Shown in pieces: positions 8,930-16,835 of a stretch of DNA of 56,994 nt. This DNA is from an uncultured Candidatus Poseidoniales archaeon (GTDB lineage Archaea; Thermoplasmatota; Poseidoniia; Poseidoniales; Thalassarchaeaceae). Position 1 is the stretch's first letter. Each line of letters starts with the position of its first letter. The notes beneath the pieces were generated by a model. It saw nothing but the letters and a program-made list of their open reading frames with translations. It was not told the DNA's origin and did no database searches. The DNA is taken from contig CAZUBQ010000001.1 in the NCBI GenBank assembly GCA_964618995.1, positions 157,925 to 214,918 of the forward strand, given 5' to 3'. A program made the translations under genes and the position numbers.

Positions 8930-9002
8930 GGCTGCGGTAGTCTAGTGGTTAGGACGGCAGACTGTGGCTCTGCCAGCCCGGATTCGAATTCCGGTCGCGG
9001 CC
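8930..9002 (+). tRNA. tRNA-His(GTG) with genomically encoded G-1
   Basis: Acceptor stem GCTGCGG/TCGCGGC, anticodon arm GCAGA-CTGTGGC-TCTGC, TTCGAAT T-loop, C73 discriminator. CCA is not encoded. Confidence 0.97.
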
Positions 9003-9034
9003 CTCTTGCGTTCGTATACTACGCACGGGATTCA

Positions 9035-9676
9035 TCATTCACCGTTGAGAACGTCCGCGTCGATTTCGTGCCCCATCCGCTCGACCTTGGTCGTCAGATA
9101 GTCGAAGTTCTCCTCGGACAGACCAGCCACGAGCGGCATCTGTTCGATTACATCAATGTCAAGTGAGCGCAGTTGTGAGACCTTGTCAGGGTTGTTGGTG
9201 AGCAGACAGACCTTGTCGATGTCAACTCCCCTGAGCATCTCGGCTGCCACTCTGTAGTCGCGCCCGTCTACTGGATGACCGAGCAGCAGATTGGCATCGT
9301 GCGTGTCAGCCCCTCGGTCCTGAAGATGGTAAGCGCGGATCTTCTCGCGCAATCCGATACCGCGCCCCTCTTGGCGGAGGTAGATGAGGCAGCCCCAGCC
9401 ACGCTTATGGATGGAGCTGAGAGCCGCCTCCAACTGCGCACCGCAGTCACAGCGCAGGCTACCCAACGCATCCCCGGTCAGGCATTCAGAATGAATGCGA
9501 ACGAGCACGGGGTCCGGCCCGGACATGTCACCCAGGGTCAGGGCGACGTGGTCGAGGTTCTTTCCATCCTCGTGGAAGACACGAATGCGGAATTCACCAT
9601 GCGCGGTAGGCAGGCGAGCGTCGGGGGGGACATCCGCGTCCTCTGATATGGAGAGGGCATTCTCTGTGTCGCTCAT
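9035..9676 (-). CDS. ribA: GTP cyclohydrolase II (bacterial type)
   Basis: LPTAHGEF, VRIHSECLTGD, SLRCDCG, QEGRGIGL, LLTNNPDK, YLTTK..MGH. GGAGGGGTG Shine-Dalgarno before ATG 9676. Confidence 0.96.
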   Translation of the reverse strand: MSDTENALSISEDADVPPDARLPTAHGEFRIRVFHEDGKNLDHVALTLGDMSGPDPVLVRIHSECLTGDALGSLRCDCGAQLEAALSSIHKRGWGCLIYLRQEGRGIGLREKIRAYHLQDRGADTHDANLLLGHPVDGRDYRVAAEMLRGVDIDKVCLLTNNPDKVSQLRSLDIDVIEQMPLVAGLSEENFDYLTTKVERMGHEIDADVLNGE

Positions 9677-9680
9677 CGAC

Positions 9681-9938
9681 TCACCCCTCCTCTGCGGCAC
9701 GAATCAGGAATCGGAATTCACCTGCCACGTCCTCGAGAGATACGAGTTCAGCACCGACTCTGGCGAGTAGCAAGGGGATATCATGCTTTGTCTCAGGATC
9801 ATCCGCCAGCACCTCCAGCAGTTCACCTGGACTGATCTGTTGCAACACTCGTCGTGTCTCGTGTACAGGCACCGGGCAGAGGTAGCCTACCACATCCAAC
9901 CTATGCTCCGGGTCGTTTCGGTCACTTTCAACTACCAT
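9681..9938 (-). CDS. tusA: TusA/SirA-family sulfur carrier protein
   Basis: LDVVGYLCPVPV, GELLEVLADDP, DIP motifs. Confidence 0.9.
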   Translation of the reverse strand: MVVESDRNDPEHRLDVVGYLCPVPVHETRRVLQQISPGELLEVLADDPETKHDIPLLLARVGAELVSLEDVAGEFRFLIRAAEEG

Positions 9939-10035
9939 CGGTACACACTCCGCGACTGATTGCACTCACTCTGAACCGTACTCCTGTCTTGAACCCACGG
10001 GGGGGTTTGATAGAGGCATCTCGCATGGGGGTGAC

Positions 10036-10995
10036 ATGGCAGATGTGCCTCGGGGCGGCGATGACATCTCCATCGAGGAGTTGAGGGAGCAGGTCGTGTT
10101 CATGCTCGGCGTCATCGTCGTGCTGCTTGGAGGGGAGTTAGCCTACCGTTGGCTGACCGACCCAACTGACTCGCTCTCGTGGATTCAGATGGCTGACGCA
10201 TGGATCTGGAACAGCCTTCACTCCATGTTGTTCGGCTCCGGCTCAGTCACGGTGTTGGAGAGCACCTACGGCCTACCCACGGTGATGGAGTTCGACCACG
10301 ACTCGTTCTACCAGCCCATTCCGCTAGAGGTCACCGATGAGTGTGTGGGTCTGCATGAGGTCGTGTTCGTCTCACTGCTGATCGCAATCTCTCCGGGAGT
10401 GCCGAAGCGCTTGAAGGTCCGGGGCATCATTGCCATGACAGTCACCCTGCAGATGATCAACATGGCTCGTCTGCTAGTCCTCTACCCCTTGGCTGTTAGT
10501 GGCTGCCAAGCAGATCCGGGCGCCTACGGATGCGAGGAACCGATGTGGCGATTCCACGAATTCATGCTGCGAATCGGTTTCATGCTACTCATCGTCGTCG
10601 GATGGCTGGTCTGGTTCGTAGTTTCCGACGGAGCAGGACATCTGCGCCGCCACCAGCGACGTATTGAGAAACGTGGCCCCATCCAGCGGCGGCTTGCTGT
10701 GCGTGAATCGCTTCCGGACTGGTCGAAAGCGGTGCTGGTGGTAGGACTGTTGCTTGCGGCGGTAGGAGTGTACACATTGGCTTTCGACGACGAGGCGCGC
10801 CAGCACAAACTAGAGGCGGAGGGGTGTGAAGACGTAATCTCAGCGGCGTGTGGCAGAGAACTGCACGAATGGGACGACATCTCGGGGATAGCGCTGCGCC
10901 AATTGCTTCTGGGCGCAACACTCGTAGGAATCGCCACAATCAGGCTCGAAATCGAGTCATTGGATACAGCCGATGCACCCTACGAAGAGGAATGA
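10036..10995 (+). CDS. Archaeosortase/exosortase-family membrane protein
   Basis: Multi-TM protein with EVTDECVG (Cys), INMARL (Arg) and FHEF (His) in the order of the exosortase triad, plus an extra C-terminal 2-TM module. Confidence 0.8.
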   Translation: MADVPRGGDDISIEELREQVVFMLGVIVVLLGGELAYRWLTDPTDSLSWIQMADAWIWNSLHSMLFGSGSVTVLESTYGLPTVMEFDHDSFYQPIPLEVTDECVGLHEVVFVSLLIAISPGVPKRLKVRGIIAMTVTLQMINMARLLVLYPLAVSGCQADPGAYGCEEPMWRFHEFMLRIGFMLLIVVGWLVWFVVSDGAGHLRRHQRRIEKRGPIQRRLAVRESLPDWSKAVLVVGLLLAAVGVYTLAFDDEARQHKLEAEGCEDVISAACGRELHEWDDISGIALRQLLLGATLVGIATIRLEIESLDTADAPYEEE

Positions 10996-10999
10996 CGGC

Positions 11000-12433
11000 T
11001 CACTCGACCAGTTTGGCGTTCACTTCTGAACCGTGCCAACTGCGGTTGGACAGAATATCGAGTACAGTCTCGACTCGATCGCGATGAACTTCGATGATGG
11101 ACGATGAATCGCCAACGTCTATCTCCCCGATAGCGATCTCGGGAAGGCGGGCCTCGCTGACAATCCAGTCGGATAGGCCGCGGCTCGACGCAGATGAGTC
11201 GACGCCAACATCTAGTGAGATTCGCACCATTCCGTATACATTGGACAATTCGCCCCAATCCTGCTGACGCTTCACGGGGTCGCGGTCGAGGTGTTTCGGG
11301 AGTTCAGGGGGGCCTGATTCTTCGATGTGCATTGTCCAGGTGGTTGCTATCTTCTGCAACTGATCGATGTCCTCGCGACCTACGAACGACCACGCCTGGC
11401 CATCGCGACCCATGCGACCGGTCCGGCCAATGCGATGGACGTATACTTCCGGGTCAGATGGAAGATCGTAGTTGACGACGATGGTCACTCCGTCCACATC
11501 GAGCCCGCGAGCGGCAACATCGGTCGCCACGACCACCTGCTCGTTTCCATCTCGGAACGAGTTCAGGATGCGCTCTCGCCTGTTCTGTGGCAGGTCTCCG
11601 TGCAGGCCGATGGCTTGGAAGCGGAACTTGCCGAGTCTCTCAACGAGCATGTCAACCATTCGCTTGGTGTTGCAGAACACCAGAGCTTGATCATCATCAC
11701 TCATCGTGGCGAGGATGCGCCCCAGTGCCCATAGCTTGTTGGCGCGGCCCACCGAAATCCAGCGCTGTTCGATCTCGGGTATCTCCAGTTCCATCTCATC
11801 GGAGAGGACATGTTCCGCAGCGGGAATGAATTCGTGCGCCGCTTCCAGCACCTCGGCTGGGAATGTTGCACTGAACAGCAGCGTTTGGCTGCGGTTGGTC
11901 ATCCGCTCGAGTACCCAGATAACATCCGGGAAGAACCCCATGTCGAGCATCCTGTCCGCCTCATCGAGACAGAGAATGTGCGGAGCAGAGAGATCGATAT
12001 GGCCGCGCTTGCACATGTCGATGACACGGCCCGGTGTGCCGATGATGATGTCGACACCAGCGTCGAGTTTCTTCGCCTGCTTCTCAAGGTCGGTGCCCCC
12101 ATAGACGGTAATCAACTTCAGTCCCTTGTCGCCCTGCAGCCAGGACAGTTCCTCTGTGACCTGTACCGCAAGTTCCCGAGTGGGGGCCAGTGTAAGAGCC
12201 TGCAGTTTTCCACTCGGTGAGCAACTCTCAATCATCGGGATACCGAAAGCAGCGGTCTTACCTGAACCGGTACGCGCCTGTCCAATGATGTCCCGTCCAC
12301 TGCGAGCTATCGGTACGGTTTCGGCTTGAATAGGAGTGGCTGCATCCCAGCCCTGATCATTGATGGCCTGCTGGGTGCATTCCTCAAGGTCCCACTCACT
12401 GAAGCGTATCGGGCTCAACGCATTCGTGCTCAT
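11000..12433 (-). CDS. DEAD-box RNA helicase (DeaD/CsdA-like, DbpA-type C-terminal RNA-binding domain)
   Basis: Q-motif, TGSGKT, PTRELA, TPGR, DEAD, SAT, ARGLD, HRIGRTGR; C-terminal IGEIDVGDSSSIIEV. Confidence 0.96.
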   Translation of the reverse strand: MSTNALSPIRFSEWDLEECTQQAINDQGWDAATPIQAETVPIARSGRDIIGQARTGSGKTAAFGIPMIESCSPSGKLQALTLAPTRELAVQVTEELSWLQGDKGLKLITVYGGTDLEKQAKKLDAGVDIIIGTPGRVIDMCKRGHIDLSAPHILCLDEADRMLDMGFFPDVIWVLERMTNRSQTLLFSATFPAEVLEAAHEFIPAAEHVLSDEMELEIPEIEQRWISVGRANKLWALGRILATMSDDDQALVFCNTKRMVDMLVERLGKFRFQAIGLHGDLPQNRRERILNSFRDGNEQVVVATDVAARGLDVDGVTIVVNYDLPSDPEVYVHRIGRTGRMGRDGQAWSFVGREDIDQLQKIATTWTMHIEESGPPELPKHLDRDPVKRQQDWGELSNVYGMVRISLDVGVDSSASSRGLSDWIVSEARLPEIAIGEIDVGDSSSIIEVHRDRVETVLDILSNRSWHGSEVNAKLVE

Positions 12434-12453
12434 ATCAGGTTCACCGCGGGAGT

Positions 12454-12741
12454 TCAGTAGGTCTCAGCGTCGCGGATCTCCTGTTGGAGCTCGCCCATCC
12501 AGTACTTACGGCAGTACTCCTTTGACAGGTAGCGACTCTCATCGATGTGGCCGCTGGAACCTTCCTTACGCATCTGGCGCTTGCGGCTGACCGACTTGAT
12601 GTCGGGAATCTTCTGGCGCACATGCTCCCGGATGTACTGCCGGAATTTCGCCGCCTTCACGGGATTATTGCCCTTGGCATTGCGACCGTGCCAGAGGCGC
12701 TCAAACTGCTCGCCCTTCCAATCACCGGATTCGTCGCTCAA
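12454..12741 (-). CDS. Small basic hypothetical protein
   Basis: 95-aa ORF filling the gap between the HEAT protein and the helicase, with C/G-ending codon bias and GAGGTG upstream of the TTG start. Confidence 0.75.
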   Translation of the reverse strand: MSDESGDWKGEQFERLWHGRNAKGNNPVKAAKFRQYIREHVRQKIPDIKSVSRKRQMRKEGSSGHIDESRYLSKEYCRKYWMGELQQEIRDAETY

Positions 12742-12808
12742 GCATGCACCTCGGCGCTGCGGGCCACCTGCCCTCTCTCTTTAACGCTGCCGCATGACCC
12801 CTACGGGG

Positions 12809-14245
12809 TCAATCAACCTCATCGTCTTCGAGGGCCCGATTCAGATCTTGCCCCCTCAGTCCAGCATCCTCGATGGCATCCTGCCAATCAGGCTCCTCAT
12901 CAACGTCATGATCAGCATCTACATCGAGCCCAACGTCGACTTCGTCTGGCTCGGGGAGGTCGTCCATTCCTGCAGGTTGCTCCTCCTGAAGGTTACCTTG
13001 GCCCTCTCCTAGACGATGAGCAACACCATCCTGTTCAGCCACTTCGGCGTCGTTGTCGGCCAACAACCGGGGAACTGCATCCCGTTCGTGTTCATCACCC
13101 AGCATGGCTTGATCATCGACGGGGAGTGGGGCGAGAAAGCGATTTTTCTCCTCCTCGCTACCTTCGAGTTGCAGGTCAGTTACCATGCCACGTAGCAGGT
13201 CACACAGTTCGGGGTCGGTCTCTTGCAGCAACAACTGATTGGCTTGCTCGCGCACCTCAGAGTCAATCAGCAGGCGCGGGAGCATGAGGATGCAGGTGCG
13301 CCGAATCGCACGGTGACGATCGCGTGCTCCGTCGAGACAGAGTCGTTTCATGCGGAATCCAGTGACATCCATGCGGTTCAGCGAGCGCAGCGCGTGGGTG
13401 CGGACATCATCGTCCTCGTCGAACAGGGCCGTCTCGAGCAGAATCGCCGCAAGCCTTGGGGCGCTGTCAGCCAATGTCGTCAGCGTCCGCGCCGCCTGAA
13501 CCCGCACTGGTGCCGCCTCGTCCTGAAGTGACCAGCCAATCAAATCCCAAACGGCAGCTGAACGGGTCTTGGAGAGGCGCGGAAGCAACTTGCTCGACTC
13601 GGCGCGCAGCGCGACATCGTCCTCGCGCAGTAACTCGTCCAGATGGATTACCACCACCTCGGGCCAAACTTGACACAACTCGCGCAATGCCTTGAAGGCC
13701 GCTTTCGAACGGTAATTGACTGACGATCTCAATTCTCTCCTGAGCGTTTCCTCGGTTGCCGAAGGGAACACGGGCGCCGTAATGGCCAAACAGTTCGACG
13801 CCGCCTTGCGCACGCTGGAGTCCACATCTTCCAGCAACTCGTGCAGATGTTCGAACAGGTCTTCCACTTTGATCAACGCGCAGTATGGCAACGAGAACAG
13901 ACCGGCTACTCGCACCTCTGGTTTGATGTCTGACAGGGCGGCGACAAGCGCTTCGTGAGCCTCGACCTCGTGCTTCCGGCTGACACGTGGTAGGGCACGC
14001 ACGGCATCCGGCCGACTTACGAGATGCGGCTGGTCGCCCCACACGACCTCGCACGCCTGTAGTGCCCCGGTGGCAAGCGGCAGCACATCCTGAATGCGAA
14101 TTGAGTCCCAGACACCTTGTCCAGGACGATATGCTTCGTCCACATCTCGTCTTCGACGTCGACCAGTAACCAGTGGCCTGCCAGTTCTCGGATCGCGTGG
14201 GATGTATTCGTGAGCCATGATTTCAGCCTCTTTCGCGTTGCTCAT
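12809..14245 (-). CDS. HEAT-repeat (alpha-solenoid) protein with acidic tail
   Basis: Repeated LLxDxDxxVRxxAxxxL units (LSDIKPEVRVAG, LLEDVDSSVRKAA, LQDEAAPVRVQAA, LFDEDDDVRTHA). Confidence 0.88.
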   Translation of the reverse strand: MSNAKEAEIMAHEYIPRDPRTGRPLVTGRRRRRDVDEAYRPGQGVWDSIRIQDVLPLATGALQACEVVWGDQPHLVSRPDAVRALPRVSRKHEVEAHEALVAALSDIKPEVRVAGLFSLPYCALIKVEDLFEHLHELLEDVDSSVRKAASNCLAITAPVFPSATEETLRRELRSSVNYRSKAAFKALRELCQVWPEVVVIHLDELLREDDVALRAESSKLLPRLSKTRSAAVWDLIGWSLQDEAAPVRVQAARTLTTLADSAPRLAAILLETALFDEDDDVRTHALRSLNRMDVTGFRMKRLCLDGARDRHRAIRRTCILMLPRLLIDSEVREQANQLLLQETDPELCDLLRGMVTDLQLEGSEEEKNRFLAPLPVDDQAMLGDEHERDAVPRLLADNDAEVAEQDGVAHRLGEGQGNLQEEQPAGMDDLPEPDEVDVGLDVDADHDVDEEPDWQDAIEDAGLRGQDLNRALEDDEVD

Positions 14246-14349
14246 TCGTGCCTCTGTCCCATCGACCCTTAATCAGTCATCACACCGCTGGTGATACCAG
14301 CCCTGAGGGCGCGCACACGGTCGTGCGCCATCAACCCCTCGTAGGGGAA

Positions 14350-15546
14350 TTACTCAACTGATGTGAGCCTGAGCAGGTTTCCCTGACTGTACTGGCAGAA
14401 GTATAGATCACCATCTGGGTGGAAACGCAAGGGCAGAACCGTTGGCAGATCGTCTATGACCACCGTCACCTCACCTCGCCAGCCTTGTGAAGAATTGGAA
14501 TCCGGTAGCAAATCGATGCGTATGAGTTGTTCTCCATTGGGAACCAAAGTGTTCCATGATCCGAACACGGTGACGTAGACAGTTCGATTCCCCCCTGGTA
14601 GGGATGAAGAGTTGGGTCGCACGTCAATGCCATTGATCGAGGAGTGAGGAGTGAAGGTAGCCACAGGCCCTAGAGATCCTTCAGGTGTGGGGTTGTCAGG
14701 GGAGTCATCAGGCCATCCGTAAGCGGCGTCAGCCACCAACAGATTGAGTTCCTCATGGGGGTATTCGTCCCCTTCCCAATCGCGGCCGTTGTCGGTGAAC
14801 AGGTAGCCGACCCCATTCATCCAAGTCCCATCATACGAGTTGCGCACTCCGCTAGCCACCACGGAATGCTCACCAGTCCATGGATCGACCTCAAGCAGTG
14901 CGGCGTTGCGCACATCATCCTCGTTGCAGATGTTGCAGGTTGAGCCGCTATGCCAGAGCAGACTGCCGTTGATTCCGGGCATTACTGCGTTCGTCTGATG
15001 ATTTCCCGAGGGAATGCCGCTCACCAGCACATCGCCGACACCCAAACCCCAACTTCTTGGGTCGCTATCGGATTCCAAGTCCCACGCGGTCAACTTGCCC
15101 GCCTCGGTGACAAACAGTCGTTCACTTCCATTGACCGGATCCGCCCATGTCAGAGTACCGTGTGGCCTATCCAATCCAGTCAACAGTTCCATTGGAGTTG
15201 CGAAGTCGCCGCTCTCGTCAATCTCAAGAGCAAGCAGACGCCCTTCTCGGTCGCAGACGAGCAGCCAGGAACTGTCATGCCAGTGCAGACAGGACGGGCT
15301 TCCAAGACCGTTGGCCACCTCCTCGAGTACGATTCCCTCTTCGAGAAGGTCGCGCGAACCCTCGCGAGCATACGGGAGGTAGATGCGCATCATCACCACA
15401 CTCCCGAGCATGACCAGCACGACGAGTGCCAGTAACGCTCGACTGAATGGCCTATCATCGCTGGCCGGCGCTGGTTCAAGCGACTGAATATCGGGGGACG
15501 CAACCGGTTCTCCGATGTCGTCAGATGCACTCGATGACTCCGCCAT
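14350..15546 (-). CDS. Membrane-anchored PQQ-dependent glucose/sorbosone dehydrogenase family beta-propeller
   Basis: N-terminal TM; GLDRPHG, GSTCNIC, GVRNSYD, TDNGRD, EELN, YGWP, HSS motifs. Confidence 0.85.
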   Translation of the reverse strand: MAESSSASDDIGEPVASPDIQSLEPAPASDDRPFSRALLALVVLVMLGSVVMMRIYLPYAREGSRDLLEEGIVLEEVANGLGSPSCLHWHDSSWLLVCDREGRLLALEIDESGDFATPMELLTGLDRPHGTLTWADPVNGSERLFVTEAGKLTAWDLESDSDPRSWGLGVGDVLVSGIPSGNHQTNAVMPGINGSLLWHSGSTCNICNEDDVRNAALLEVDPWTGEHSVVASGVRNSYDGTWMNGVGYLFTDNGRDWEGDEYPHEELNLLVADAAYGWPDDSPDNPTPEGSLGPVATFTPHSSINGIDVRPNSSSLPGGNRTVYVTVFGSWNTLVPNGEQLIRIDLLPDSNSSQGWRGEVTVVIDDLPTVLPLRFHPDGDLYFCQYSQGNLLRLTSVE

Positions 15547-15630
15547 CAATGCATGCACGACGGCACCGGTACATGATTCTTCAAGCGGCGGGTTGATGCC
15601 ACTTCGCCACTGACGGTGGCAGGGAGAAAC

Positions 15631-16233
15631 ATGGTGGAGACCTTGTACAGGTTCGTCTGGGGCGGCACCCGACTGCTTCCGGGCCCGGTGGGATTCGATG
15701 ATCCGCGGCTTGAGAATGTCTCAATGCACCTCGAATTCCGAAGGGACGGGCGAGGCGGACTTCCGCTCGATGAGCTGCGTCTGCTCATACCCTCGTGGGG
15801 TGATGTTCAGGTCGATGCCGACGGGAGACTGCACAAAGATTTGGTCGACCTCTTGATGCTCGGAGCTGTACGCGTCTGCATCGATGCGTGGGCGCCAGAT
15901 AAGGAGATTGAACTCGGTCATGCACTCTCAGAGCAGATTCTGTTGCGGGTTCTCATTCCTTCAGACGGCAGCTCTGTACGCGGGTGGACTGCAGACGTCC
16001 TCATCCCGAGATTGCGCGAACTGATGCTCACGGGCCCGTCTTCGGTGCTGCTCGTGAGCAGGCGTAAAGGAGATCTTGATCGGGTGTGGAGGATGATGCC
16101 CGATGACTTGCTGCACCGGTTCCGATGGTGGTTGGCTCCGGCTGAGGGACGACAGGTGCAGTTGATGAGGGGCGACCGGCGTGTTATCGGTTGGGTGCTC
16201 GACGGAGCGCGGATGCTCGAGGAGAGGAGATGA
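15631..16233 (+). CDS. Hypothetical protein, possibly a degenerate HisA/HisF-like TIM barrel
   Basis: VQVDADGRLHKDLVDLLMLGAVRVCID resembles the HisA segment VQVGGGIR..DV..LL..GA.RV.IG. ATGA overlap with the next gene. Confidence 0.55.
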   Translation: MVETLYRFVWGGTRLLPGPVGFDDPRLENVSMHLEFRRDGRGGLPLDELRLLIPSWGDVQVDADGRLHKDLVDLLMLGAVRVCIDAWAPDKEIELGHALSEQILLRVLIPSDGSSVRGWTADVLIPRLRELMLTGPSSVLLVSRRKGDLDRVWRMMPDDLLHRFRWWLAPAEGRQVQLMRGDRRVIGWVLDGARMLEERR

Positions 16234-16835
16234 CGCTTGAAGAGGAGGCGCGCGATGACCTGCGTCGTCTGCTTGCGCTCACATGGAGGCCATGGGCGCA
16301 TGCAACGCTCGACGCCGGCCAGGTGACTCGCTCGTGGAGTCTCGACCTCGGATGGCTATCCCCAGAGGATGCCGACGAGGTGCTGGCACGTTTGGTTCAG
16401 TCCGGGTGGATCGCAAGCGATGGAGGGGGGCTTCTGCCTGGGGTGGACTTGGAGGGTGTAGAAATCCCACTCGGCTGGTTCCCCCGCCAGAATCTGCTTC
16501 TCGAACCACCTTCCCTACCACTAGTGAAATCTGAGGCACCCAAAGATAGAGCGCCATCTCCCATTCGACCCATCCTAGATGGAGATTCTATTCCGGAAGA
16601 CGGGCCACAGGTATCTGATGATTCTATAGAACGAGTGGATGCGGGAGCAATGGGTGACATCCCGTCACTGTTGCAATCGATCTCATCGGGTTGCAAACTT
16701 GAACGTCAAGAAGTGATGCGAAGGGCGCAGCGCAAGATCCGCGCGCTCGGCGACATCACCCTGTGGATGGCTCTGGCGCTAGTGGCGCGCGAACAAGGGC
16801 TGGAACTGACCGAACTGTATCAGGAATCGTCCTGA
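16230..16835 (+). CDS. DUF2240-family protein
   Basis: SLDLGWLSPEDA and VEIPLGW.P N-terminal motifs; C-terminal ALALVAREQG. Confidence 0.75.
   Translation: MTLEEEARDDLRRLLALTWRPWAHATLDAGQVTRSWSLDLGWLSPEDADEVLARLVQSGWIASDGGGLLPGVDLEGVEIPLGWFPRQNLLLEPPSLPLVKSEAPKDRAPSPIRPILDGDSIPEDGPQVSDDSIERVDAGAMGDIPSLLQSISSGCKLERQEVMRRAQRKIRALGDITLWMALALVAREQGLELTELYQESS

Noticed and set aside
8930-8930. Encoded G-1 of tRNA-His as a novelty
   Set aside because: This is common in archaea and bacteria.
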